Source: Candidatus Woesearchaeota archaeon (GTDB lineage Archaea > Nanobdellota > Nanobdellia > SCGC-AAA011-G17 > JACPIM01). From it: DNA of 64,000 nucleotides. Location of the stretch: positions 1-64,000 of the forward strand of contig CAZELK010000005.1 of NCBI GenBank assembly GCA_964513145.1, given 5' to 3'. Positions 28,312 to 37,384 of the stretch are shown piece by piece (the stretch's first letter is position 1; each line of letters begins with the position of its first letter). The position numbers and the translations under genes are program-made. The notes beneath the pieces are model-generated. The model saw only the letters and a list, made by a program, of their open reading frames with translations. It had not been told where the DNA came from and ran no database searches.

Positions 28312-29313
28312 ATGATAAAGATAGATGGGCAGCATTCTGGAGGGCAGACTTTACGTACCAGTCTAAGTTTATCAATTTTAACTCAAAAACCTTTCAAAAT
28401 AATAAATATAAGGGGCAAAAGAGAAAATCCTGGTTTGCAACACCAGCATTTGACAGCAGTTAATGCATCAAAAAACATATGCAATGCCAAAGTTAAGGGC
28501 AATGTATTACATTCTAAAGAACTTGAATTTACACCTTCCAAAGTTATTCCTGGAAGGTACAATTTTGATATAGGGAGTGCAGGTTCAACTACATTAGTTT
28601 TGGAAACACTTATGCCACCATTGTTATTTGCAAAAGAAAAATCAGTCTTGAAAATAATTGGAGGGACTTCGAATCCTTTAGCTCCACCAGCTCTGCATAT
28701 AAAAGGTGTTCTCTTATGGTATTTAAAAAATTTAGGCATAAATGTTGAAATCAATGTTGAAAAGGAAGGTTTTGTTCCAAAAGGCGGTGGAAGAATTTTA
28801 GCAAAAATTTCACCTTGCAAGAAACTAAAACCTTTGGACTTAACTGAACGAGGATCTTTAAATAAAATCTGTGTTTTTGCTGTTTCGTCACAAAGCTTAA
28901 GAGACAAAGATGTTGCAAGCAGATTGCTAGATGGATTTACCAAAGTTATTAATGATAATTTAGAACCACATAAACAATATGTTGAATCTTTGGATCCTGG
29001 TTGTTTTATTTCAGCTATTGCTGATTACAATAACTCCAGAATAGGATATACTAATCTTGGCACTTTGAAAGTTAAAGCTGAAGATGTTGGCAGAGAATGC
29101 GCAAATAAATTATTACTTGAAATTAATTCTAATTCAACTGTTGATTATTTTACTGCAGACCAATTATTGATTTACATGGCTTTGAGCGGAAAAGGCAGAA
29201 TAATTACAAGCCAAATAACAGACCATATAAAAGACAATATAGACATAATAGAGAAATTCCTGGATGTTAAATTTACAGTTAAAGATAATGAAATAAGTGT
29301 TGATAAAAAATAA
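28312..29313 (+). CDS. rtcA: RNA 3'-terminal phosphate cyclase
   Basis: GGQTLRTSL, NIRGKRENPGLQHQH, GSAGSTTLV, GFVPKGGG, ADQLLIYMAL, TDHI. Confidence 0.93.
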   Translation: MIKIDGQHSGGQTLRTSLSLSILTQKPFKIINIRGKRENPGLQHQHLTAVNASKNICNAKVKGNVLHSKELEFTPSKVIPGRYNFDIGSAGSTTLVLETLMPPLLFAKEKSVLKIIGGTSNPLAPPALHIKGVLLWYLKNLGINVEINVEKEGFVPKGGGRILAKISPCKKLKPLDLTERGSLNKICVFAVSSQSLRDKDVASRLLDGFTKVINDNLEPHKQYVESLDPGCFISAIADYNNSRIGYTNLGTLKVKAEDVGRECANKLLLEINSNSTVDYFTADQLLIYMALSGKGRIITSQITDHIKDNIDIIEKFLDVKFTVKDNEISVDKK

Positions 29314-29473
29314 TTTATTTTTAAAAGTCTTTCAAAAAAACTGAAAGGTTTTCGGATTTTTTAAAAACTTTCCTAAAAGTACGAAAATATCCTGTACTGT
29401 AAAAAAATTACATCTAGAACCTATTTTAAAGTTTAAATAAAATATTAAATAATTTAAAGTATTAATTAGGGGT

Positions 29474-30088
29474 ATGGAAATTCCTCCGTTTACAAATGAG
29501 CTTGCGGAATTTGTAGGTATTTTATTGGGTGATGGTTATATAAGTCAAAATGATTATGAAGTTAAGATTTCGCTTGATAAAATTAAAGATAAAGAGTATG
29601 TCTTTTTTGTAAAAAATTTAATTTTTAATTTATTTAATATTCAAGCTAAAGCCTATCCGCGTTCTTGTGATGGTACTACAGATATAAGAATATCTAATAA
29701 AGAGTTTCATCATTATTTAACAAATGGTTTAAAGTTACAACAATCTCCTAAATTTAATCGAGCTATTATTCCAAATGAATTTTATAATAAAGAATGCTTC
29801 TATCCTTTTTTATTACGCGGTTATTTTGATACTGATGGATGCATAACTGATACTGATAATAATGGCGTTAGATACCCAAGAGTTGAAATGAAAATATGTA
29901 AGTCTCCAATGCAATCTCAATATATAAAAATCCTTAAAAATTTAGGAATTAGATTTGGATCTTATAGAATCGAGAATGAGGCGATTAGAATACAAATCAA
30001 CGGTAAAAATGAATTAAAAAAATGGATGTTATTTATTGGTTCAGATAATCTAAAAAATATAAAAAAAGCACAAAATTTTAAAAAATAG
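29474..30088 (+). CDS. Free-standing two-motif LAGLIDADG endonuclease
   Basis: LAEFVGILLGDG and FLLRGYFDTDG; no intein splicing termini; TAG overlaps tRNA 3' end. Confidence 0.88.
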   Translation: MEIPPFTNELAEFVGILLGDGYISQNDYEVKISLDKIKDKEYVFFVKNLIFNLFNIQAKAYPRSCDGTTDIRISNKEFHHYLTNGLKLQQSPKFNRAIIPNEFYNKECFYPFLLRGYFDTDGCITDTDNNGVRYPRVEMKICKSPMQSQYIKILKNLGIRFGSYRIENEAIRIQINGKNELKKWMLFIGSDNLKNIKKAQNFKK

Positions 30089-30251
30089 CGGAGAGTGGAT
30101 TTGAACCACTGACCTAAACCCCAATATTTTTTTAGATATTGATCGGGTGTCTAAGACACGCATATGAGCCCATTCCGCTAATTTTACTTAGTGACGGACA
30201 CTCCTGGCTGTCCTATTGCAGTTGTAAGATTTTTTCTTAACAATCTCCGCT
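30086..30251 (-). tRNA. Initiator tRNA-Met(CAT) with four introns
   Basis: Exons 30251-30245, 30215-30193, 30171-30163, 30148-30143 and 30115-30086 join to a 75-nt cloverleaf with A1-U72, GGG/CCC anticodon stem and TTCAAAT T-loop. Confidence 0.9.
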
Positions 30252-30289
30252 ATAGTTGGAGTGCCATTAAAAATTAGCTTGAAATGTCT

Positions 30290-31012
30290 TTATAAAATTT
30301 CGTATTTTTTTAACAATTGATTAAACCTATTTTCTAAGAAAGGTATTCTAAAACCTATCTCCTTAAATTTTTCAAAATTTTCTTTTCTATAGATGGAAAC
30401 TCTATACTGACCATTAGGTTGTTTTAATCTTGGTGCATATGTAAGATGAGAATTTATATCTATACTTTTTAATAAATTATAGATATCTTTAGCAAAAAAT
30501 TCATCTCCACTTACAAATCTTATTTCAGTAAGCTTCTTTAGAATTGTACCTTCCATATCAAAAGCTTGTTTTAAATATTCTATTTTTACTTTTTTTGGAG
30601 AATCAAATATCCAATTAGGAACACGCATTTGCTCATCTGATTTTGGAAGTTTAAGAATATAATATAAAAACCAAGCTAATGTTTTTGAGTTTACATAAAT
30701 TTGTTTACCTTTAGAATTTTCTTTTCTAAATAAGATTATTTTATTTGAGAAGAGTTTTATAATTAAATCATTAAATAATTCTATTTTTCTTGGGTCTTTC
30801 TTTTGATGAAAAAATGTTCGCATTAAATCTTTTATTAAACTACCATCTGGCATTAAACCCATTAGTGAAGATACATCTTCATTTAAAATAAATGGTAATT
30901 TAATAAAAATCGGTTTAGTCATATTAGAAACTTTTAATTGAAAATATTCTTCTTTTTGTTCTATCTTAAAATATTCTCTTAAATTATTTTCATTAATAGA
31001 TTTGTACTCCAT
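30290..31012 (-). CDS. Free-standing LAGLIDADG endonuclease-like protein
   Basis: SSLMGLMPDGS and YLKQAFDMEG motifs, RVPNWIF. Confidence 0.8.
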   Translation of the reverse strand: MEYKSINENNLREYFKIEQKEEYFQLKVSNMTKPIFIKLPFILNEDVSSLMGLMPDGSLIKDLMRTFFHQKKDPRKIELFNDLIIKLFSNKIILFRKENSKGKQIYVNSKTLAWFLYYILKLPKSDEQMRVPNWIFDSPKKVKIEYLKQAFDMEGTILKKLTEIRFVSGDEFFAKDIYNLLKSIDINSHLTYAPRLKQPNGQYRVSIYRKENFEKFKEIGFRIPFLENRFNQLLKKYEIL

Positions 31013-31126
31013 AAAATAATAAAAATGTTTTATTATATAAGCGCTAGGCGGGTGTTTGTCTTGTCCAGTAGGTTTTGTCCAATAGCAAGCCTTTATTCTT
31101 GAATTAATAGTAATAAAAAATAAGTT

Positions 31127-31141
31127 CCGAAAAGTTTTCGG
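31127..31141. repeat. Palindrome CCGAAAAGTTTTCGG (dispersed motif)
   Basis: Related copies at 29341-29355, 41744-41758 and 55424-55438. Confidence 0.6.
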
Positions 31142-31314
31142 TGTCCAGTTCTTTTTTCTGAAAGATTTTTAGAGAAATCGGAAAGTTTACGAATTTACCG
31201 GAAGATTTACGATTTATTTGAAGAATGTTTGGAGTTTATTTTTTAAAAGTTATTAACCAAAAATTGAAATTGACTCGAAAAGTTTATATATCATTAATAT
31301 CATATAATTATATC

Positions 31315-31527
31315 ATGGCAGAAGTTAAAGCTATTATTCGAAAATGGGGGGATTCTCTCGCAATTATCATACCCAAAGATATTGCCAAATTAGAAAATAT
31401 GAAACCTAATCAAAAAGTAAATGTCATTGTGAAAAAAAATATTGACTTATCTGATTTATTTGGCAAATGGAAAACTAAAAAAACTGCACAAGATTTGAAA
31501 AATGAATCAAGAGAAGATTGGGTGTAA
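31315..31527 (+). CDS. AbrB/MazE antitoxin
   Basis: MAEVKAIIRKWGDSLAIIIPK; start set at ATG 31315. Confidence 0.9.
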   Translation: MAEVKAIIRKWGDSLAIIIPKDIAKLENMKPNQKVNVIVKKNIDLSDLFGKWKTKKTAQDLKNESREDWV

Positions 31528-31529
31528 CA

Positions 31530-31892
31530 ATGTATTTTTTTGATACATATGCGCTTTATCAATTAGCCAAGGGCGAAGAAAATTATAGTATATTTAAAAA
31601 TAATGCCGAGATAGCGACCTCCTTATTAAACTTGTATGAATTATATTATTCTTTATGCAGAGATAAAGAAGAAAAATTAGCGGAAGATTTTTTTAATCGA
31701 TTATTACCCTGCTGTTTAGATATTACTTCTGATGACATAAAACAAGCAGCCAAGATCAGATTAAAATACATTAAAAAGAAATTATCCTATATTGATGCTT
31801 TAGGTTATGCTCTATCTTGGAGGCAAAATATTTTGTTTTTAACTGGTGATAAGGAGTTTGAGAATTTAGAAAATGTTTATTTTTTAAAGTAA
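31530..31892 (+). CDS. PIN-domain toxin
   Basis: MYFFDTYAL, LSYIDALGY, FLTGDKEF. Confidence 0.9.
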   Translation: MYFFDTYALYQLAKGEENYSIFKNNAEIATSLLNLYELYYSLCRDKEEKLAEDFFNRLLPCCLDITSDDIKQAAKIRLKYIKKKLSYIDALGYALSWRQNILFLTGDKEFENLENVYFLK

Positions 31893-31941
31893 TTATATAA
31901 AATTTCTATTATATAAATTATTATTACAAAATATGCTTTTT

Positions 31942-32694
31942 TTATTTTTTTAAGACAATATTCAGAACATCGTAAATATTTTCTACTTCTATTACTTCCA
32001 GATTTAGTTCATCTTTTGCATAATCTTTCAAATCAAATCTCTTTGGAATATAGCTCGTTTTGTAAAAAACCAACCCGTTTCTTTTAACTTCCTTTATTTC
32101 TTTTTCATAATAACTTATAGAACTTTGGCCTTTTGGTATTAAAAATATTTTTTTATTCTTTTCTGCAGCAGCTTCTGCTTTTTCTACTACCCCACCTATT
32201 TGACCTATTGTACCGTCTTCCCTAATTGTTCCAGTTATAACTATATCATTTCTTAGTTCTTTGCCCAATAAAACTGAAACTGTTGCTGCTGTCATCGCAG
32301 CTCCAGCTGAAGGACCTCCAAGAACGTCGCTTTCTATATCAAATGTGTAGATTAAATTATGATTTCCTATTTTTTTTATTGCGACTTGTTGAGCTATATT
32401 GGCAGCCACATTTGCACTATATTGTGTGTCTGGCTCTAAGAATGGATCTGTATTTACTAATATTTTTCCGTCTCCAGGAGTTATTTCGACATTTACTTTA
32501 CCCAATACTCCGCGATTATCTTTAGATGATACTGCAGCTATACTTGTTGAGGCTTTTTCTAATTTTACCTGATCTAATACTTCTGCCCCAGTTATAATAT
32601 TAGTTTGCAATGGTTGTGAAGGAATTAAAATAGTTGCAACTAAAAAACCTGCCAAAAATAATATGATGTAATTTAATAGTTGGTTAGTTTTCAT
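31942..32694 (-). CDS. Secreted S16 (Lon-like) serine protease domain protein
   Basis: N-terminal TM helix; GGPSAG Ser and IGGVVEK Lys dyad; start moved to MKTNQ at 32694. Confidence 0.85.
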   Translation of the reverse strand: MKTNQLLNYIILFLAGFLVATILIPSQPLQTNIITGAEVLDQVKLEKASTSIAAVSSKDNRGVLGKVNVEITPGDGKILVNTDPFLEPDTQYSANVAANIAQQVAIKKIGNHNLIYTFDIESDVLGGPSAGAAMTAATVSVLLGKELRNDIVITGTIREDGTIGQIGGVVEKAEAAAEKNKKIFLIPKGQSSISYYEKEIKEVKRNGLVFYKTSYIPKRFDLKDYAKDELNLEVIEVENIYDVLNIVLKK

Positions 32695-32787
32695 CTTATA
32701 TTGTAATATATATTTTAATATATAATATATTCTAAACCCATTATACTTTACCATAACCTATAAAAATCTTTTGAATAGTTAATTTAT

Positions 32788-33144
32788 ATGCCAGATTTAA
32801 TAGCTTGTTTATCTGTTGGAAAAGGAACATGGGGGCATGTTGGCAGAATAGTACAAGAAGCTAGCTGGGACAAGATTTTTTTAATTACAAATGAATATGG
32901 TAAAGAAAACTTTACTAAAAATGACAAGACTGAATTTATTGTTGTTAATTCCAATCAAGGCTTAAAAGAATTAAGGGAAGAAATTTACAATAAATTGAAA
33001 GAAAAAGTAACTGGTACTGAAGTTGGAATTAATTTTATTTCCGGTTCTGGAAAAGAACATATGGCTTTAATGAGTGCTATTTTAAAACTAGGTGTTGGGA
33101 TAAGATTAGTTGCTTTGACAAAAGACGGAATGGAAGAAATATGA
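32788..33144 (+). CDS. Conserved hypothetical protein, possible CARF-like Rossmann fold
   Basis: LIACLSVGKGTW and INFISGSGKEHMA pattern. Confidence 0.5.
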   Translation: MPDLIACLSVGKGTWGHVGRIVQEASWDKIFLITNEYGKENFTKNDKTEFIVVNSNQGLKELREEIYNKLKEKVTGTEVGINFISGSGKEHMALMSAILKLGVGIRLVALTKDGMEEI

Positions 33145-33255
33145 AAACCAAGGTTCTTATCAACTCCTAACAAAAAGATTGGAATTATATGTTCATATTT
33201 AAAAAAATTAATGCTATAATTAGAGTGTATATATAGTTATTTTTGCATGCCCACT

Positions 33256-33309
33256 TTATTTTATAAAAATTGCTTCCTTGAAATCTACCCAAGCATAGGT
33301 ATCTATCAT
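33256..33309 (-). pseudogene. PIN toxin stub
   Basis: MIDTYAWVDF then stop after 17 codons; ATGA overlap with upstream ORF. Confidence 0.6.
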
Positions 33310-33539
33310 ATATTGTATTTTTCAATCTGCTCTTTTAATTCATCCTCTTCCGTGAATTTCTCCATTTCTTTTAATGTTCCAAAATAATCTTTTTTTAATT
33401 TTTTTAATCTTGTCGTAACATCTAATTTTCTTAAATGTTCCAATTTCTTAGGAAGGTTTTCTACCAAAAAGCTGGGAATATTAAAAGAATCTGGATTTTT
33501 TTCACTTGACATTATTATGTCTCCAATAGTGTTCATCAC
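33306..33539 (-). CDS. Probable antitoxin
   Basis: 77 aa, DYFGTLK..EKFTEED C-terminus; coupled to PIN stub. Confidence 0.45.
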   Translation of the reverse strand: MMNTIGDIIMSSEKNPDSFNIPSFLVENLPKKLEHLRKLDVTTRLKKLKKDYFGTLKEMEKFTEEDELKEQIEKYNI

Positions 33540-33728
33540 TAAATCTTATTTCTTTTGTTAATGTTATTTAGTCTTCTCCTATAACTAAAACTTCTGCCAT
33601 AAATTAGTAATATTTTGACTATTTATAATTTTTATTATTTATTTTACTATGTGCAGAGTCCCCAATTATTTTACTATATAATTTGACAGCACAATAAATA
33701 TTTTATACTCTTAAACTTCTAAAAACTT

Positions 33729-34784
33729 ATGAGCTTATTTGATAATCGACTAAAAGGAAGTGAATCTTTATTTATTGATGAAAGTGTCTTTGATTTAGAT
33801 TATTTACCACATATTATTAAGTTTAGAGAAAATCAACAAAAGTATATTGCAGATTGTATTAAGCCTTTATTAGAAGGTAGAAATGGAAAAAATCTAGTAA
33901 TCACAGGCACTTCGGGAATTGGCAAAACTGCAGCAACCAGGTTTGTTTTAAGAGAACTTGAAGAAAAAGGACTGGATGATGAAGCTTTACCAATTTATAT
34001 AAACTGCTGGAAAAAGGATACGGGTTATAAAATTGTTCTTGAAATTTGTGATCAGTTAAAATATAGGTTTATACAAGGAAAACATACTGACCAATTATTA
34101 AAGGAAATTACCAAAATATTAAATAAAAAACCAGTTATATTAGTTCTGGATGAAGCAGACAAGCTACAGGATTTACAGATTCTTTATTTATTATTAGAAG
34201 ATCTAAATAGAAAGGGAATATATTTAATAACAAATAATTTAGAATTCCTAAGCAGCATGGATAACAGAATAAGATCCAGGTTAATGGCAGAATTATTAGA
34301 ATTTAAGCCTTATAATCCTGAAGAAACTTATGGAATTTTAAAACAAAGAGTTGAATATGGGTTTGCGAAGAATGTTTTTAGTGAGGGGGCATTAAAGCTA
34401 ATAACAAATAAAACCCATGAAAAAAACGATTTAAGGCTCGGGATTTTTCTTTTAAGGGAAAGCGGAATGGCTGCTGAGAATGAAAGTTCAAAACTTATTT
34501 TAGAGAAACATGCTCTGGAAGCTATTGAAAAATTAAAAGATTTCAAAATAGAGAATTCGGAGAATATCGAAAAAACAAAAAAAAGCATCTTAAATTTAAT
34601 AAAAGAAAATTCCGGGAAAAGCTGTCTTGATTTATTTACCTTATATAGGCACGAAGGCGGGAGGAAAAGTTACAGGACGTTTTCAAGAAAAATAGCCAGC
34701 TTAGTTGAAAAAGGACTGGCTTCAAGAAAAGAAATTATTAAAGGCACTGGCAAGTCAAGTATAATTGAATATTCCAAGAACTAA
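33729..34784 (+). CDS. cdc6: Orc1/Cdc6-family AAA+ ATPase
   Basis: GTSGIGKT Walker A, VLDEAD Walker B, IYINCW, RIRSRL, FKPYN, C-terminal wHTH. Confidence 0.88.
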   Translation: MSLFDNRLKGSESLFIDESVFDLDYLPHIIKFRENQQKYIADCIKPLLEGRNGKNLVITGTSGIGKTAATRFVLRELEEKGLDDEALPIYINCWKKDTGYKIVLEICDQLKYRFIQGKHTDQLLKEITKILNKKPVILVLDEADKLQDLQILYLLLEDLNRKGIYLITNNLEFLSSMDNRIRSRLMAELLEFKPYNPEETYGILKQRVEYGFAKNVFSEGALKLITNKTHEKNDLRLGIFLLRESGMAAENESSKLILEKHALEAIEKLKDFKIENSENIEKTKKSILNLIKENSGKSCLDLFTLYRHEGGRKSYRTFSRKIASLVEKGLASRKEIIKGTGKSSIIEYSKN

Positions 34785-35168
34785 TTATTTTACAAATTCA
34801 ACATTAGCCATATTTTCAAACTCCTTATCACCAGTTAAAAATTTTAGGTTATTTTTTTTGGCATAAACATAACCTATGCAATCAGTATATGATAAATCAT
34901 TTTTTTTATTTTCTTTTCTAAATTTGATTGCTTCTTTTAAAATTTCATCTTTAATTTCTACTATAGCGGGTTTATAACAATCGTATAATTTATTCGCTTC
35001 CTTTTCTCCCAATTCATTTAAAAAATTCCAATATACCTCGGCAAGATTAAAAATTGTTAATATTATTGGTTCTTCTGAATAATTTTTATAATTAATGTTG
35101 CCTTTTTCAAGTTCGATTATTGCATAACTATCCCAAAAATATTTAATGCCAACCCTTTCTTGCATCAT
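34785..35168 (-). CDS. PIN-domain toxin
   Basis: FWDSYAII, LSYTDCIGY, FLTGDKEF; paralog of 31530..31892. Confidence 0.9.
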   Translation of the reverse strand: MMQERVGIKYFWDSYAIIELEKGNINYKNYSEEPIILTIFNLAEVYWNFLNELGEKEANKLYDCYKPAIVEIKDEILKEAIKFRKENKKNDLSYTDCIGYVYAKKNNLKFLTGDKEFENMANVEFVK

Positions 35169-35361
35169 CTTTCAATTCTTGCCCTGACTTTTTTATTTTA
35201 CCCTTAAATCTTCCAAAAAATTCTCCGGCTATTGGTCTGTTTTTTATTTCAATAATTATTTTGTCATTTTCTTTTATTTTTTTAGCATCCACTATTTCTT
35301 TTGGTATAATTATACCTATTGAGCTTCCCCATTTTTTAGCTATTGTTTTAATCTCTTCCAT
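35143..35361 (-). CDS. AbrB/MazE antitoxin
   Basis: AKKWGSSIGIIIPK; TAGTTATATT tandem upstream (35367-35386). Confidence 0.9.
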   Translation of the reverse strand: MEEIKTIAKKWGSSIGIIIPKEIVDAKKIKENDKIIIEIKNRPIAGEFFGRFKGKIKKSGQELKDDARKGWH

Positions 35362-35432
35362 AACATTAGTTATATTTAGTTATATTTAAACCTTGCTATC
35401 TATTTATAAATCTTTTAAATTTAAAAGTTTAT

Positions 35433-36020
35433 ATGAAAATCTTAGCTTTTACAGATGTCCATGGAAACAAGAAAATTATAAAGGAAATTATTGAGAAAGC
35501 GAAAAAAGCTGATATTTTAATCTGTTGTGGGGATATGACTAACTATGGCAATGAGCTTGAAAATATTCTTAAAAGATTTAAAGATTTAAAAAAAAATATG
35601 GTACTAATTCCTGGAAATCATGAGGATTATGAAGATATAAAATTATTATGTAATAAATATGATTTCTTAATAAATGTGCATCTTAGAATGTTTAAATATG
35701 GAGACTTTTTATTTTTTGGTTATGGGACTGGGGGATTTAATTATGTTGATATTGAATTAGAAGAAAAAATGAAGAAAATTAAATTTGATAAGAAAGACAA
35801 GATCATTTTTATTACGCATGGACCGCCTTATGGAACAAAACTGGATAAGCTGGATGGTTTAGGTTATAGGGGGAGCAGAACTTTAAGAAAGTTTATTGAA
35901 AGATTTAAACCAAAACTTTATCTTTGCGGGCATTTACATGAAAACTTCGGAAAACAAGAGAAGATTGGAGAGACTTTAATAATTAATCCTGGGAGAACTG
36001 GAATGATTATTGAAATTTAG
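35433..36020 (+). CDS. Calcineurin-like metallophosphoesterase
   Basis: DVHG, GD, GNHE, ITH, CGHLHE. Confidence 0.9.
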   Translation: MKILAFTDVHGNKKIIKEIIEKAKKADILICCGDMTNYGNELENILKRFKDLKKNMVLIPGNHEDYEDIKLLCNKYDFLINVHLRMFKYGDFLFFGYGTGGFNYVDIELEEKMKKIKFDKKDKIIFITHGPPYGTKLDKLDGLGYRGSRTLRKFIERFKPKLYLCGHLHENFGKQEKIGETLIINPGRTGMIIEI

Positions 36021-36024
36021 AGTT

Positions 36025-36807
36025 TTATTTTAAAAATAATTTTTGATAATTCATATATATATTATTTTCTACTTCAAGTTTATCCATGTTTTTTAATTCA
36101 GCTATTTTTTTAATTGTATATTGAATAAAAGCAGGTTCATTTTTTTTGTCTAGAAAGGGGGATAGCCATGGGCAGTCTGTTTCTGTCAATAACTGGTTTA
36201 TATTTACTATTTTCGCGAGCATTTGGAAATGTTCTGAGCGTTGTATTATACATGGAATAGAGAAATAATAACCTAATTTTTCTGCTCCTAATATCAGTTT
36301 TTTATTGCCAGAAAACATATGTAAGTGCACTTTTTTAGCATTGGATTGCTCCAAAATATCTATAGTCTCCTTTTCAGCCCCTCTTGAATGTACAATTAAA
36401 GGCTTGTTTATTTTCTCACTTAATTCTATTATCCTTTGAAAATTTTTAATCTGATTTTCTTTATCTTTAGAGAACTTAAAATCCAAGCCAATTTCCCCTA
36501 CACCGATTATTTTGCCTTTATTTTTTTTGATAAATTCTAAAGTAAAATCAATATCAAATTTAGTATTTCTATCATAATCATCATAACCTTCAATAACTGA
36601 AACATTTAAAGCATTTAACGGATATATTCCCAAAGCGGGTTTTATTATTTCATATTTTTTAGATAATTCTAAAACTTTCAAATTGTTTTCATGATTTACT
36701 CCCTGAGTTATTATTGCTTTGACATTTTCTTTTTTTGATCTTTCTATAACTTCCTTTAATTCTTCGTCAGAAAACCTGTCCAAATGTGCATGAGCGTCGA
36801 TTAACAT
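36025..36807 (-). CDS. tatD: TatD-family nuclease
   Basis: DAHAH, GEIGLD, VHSRGA, LTETDCP. Confidence 0.93.
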   Translation of the reverse strand: MLIDAHAHLDRFSDEELKEVIERSKKENVKAIITQGVNHENNLKVLELSKKYEIIKPALGIYPLNALNVSVIEGYDDYDRNTKFDIDFTLEFIKKNKGKIIGVGEIGLDFKFSKDKENQIKNFQRIIELSEKINKPLIVHSRGAEKETIDILEQSNAKKVHLHMFSGNKKLILGAEKLGYYFSIPCIIQRSEHFQMLAKIVNINQLLTETDCPWLSPFLDKKNEPAFIQYTIKKIAELKNMDKLEVENNIYMNYQKLFLK

Positions 36808-36842
36808 TTTTATGAAAGCAATGGTTTGTGTGAATATTAATT

Positions 36843-37076
36843 TTATTTAAGTAGCTCTTTAAATTTTTCTTTTGTAAGTCCAGATTGATGCAATATACTA
36901 AGCAAGGTTCCTTTAGCAAGTTCTTTATGTAATGGAATTGGAACTACTTTCTTTCCAAAATTATCTTCTTTTTTTAAAATTGCGTGATCACCAGTTGTTC
37001 TAATATGTTGAAAACCTAATTTTATTAATATTTTAAGTACTTCATTGCCAGATACTACAGGTAATTTTGACATCAA
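36843..37076 (-). CDS. hicA: HicA toxin
   Basis: LPVVSG...LGF...TGDHAIL...VPIPLHKELAKGTL. Confidence 0.9.
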   Translation of the reverse strand: MMSKLPVVSGNEVLKILIKLGFQHIRTTGDHAILKKEDNFGKKVVPIPLHKELAKGTLLSILHQSGLTKEKFKELLK

Positions 37077-37309
37077 ACCTCTACAAAAGAAAAAGTTGGA
37101 GGGCTATCTCTTTCTACATCATTTAGCTTTTCAGGAAATTCTTCTAAATAAAGATCAATAGCTTCCTTAATATTCTTGGTAGCTTCTTCAATAGTGCTTC
37201 CTTGACTAGTAATTCCTAAACTAGTACAATGGGCTACAAAGACATCTTCTTTAGTGCTTAGTTTTTCCTTTACTATTACAATATCAAGATAATATTTACC
37301 TTTCAACAT
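37073..37309 (-). CDS. hicB: HicB antitoxin (short form)
   Basis: FVAHCTSLGITSQGSTIEEATKNIKEAI. Confidence 0.9.
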   Translation of the reverse strand: MLKGKYYLDIVIVKEKLSTKEDVFVAHCTSLGITSQGSTIEEATKNIKEAIDLYLEEFPEKLNDVERDSPPTFSFVEV

Positions 37310-37384
37310 TCTTAAATTAAAGAGCTAAATCTATATAAGATTTATGTTTTAGTTATTTTGTAATATAAATTGTAAATGGCTTTT

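Noticed and set aside
31036-31060. tRNA 3'-end remnant (CCCGCCTAGCGC on minus strand) upstream of the second LAGLIDADG gene
   Set aside because: No T-loop consensus and no matching 5' half found.
33540-33728. Replication origin next to cdc6
   Set aside because: AT-rich, but no repeated ORB or mini-ORB boxes or G-strings were seen.
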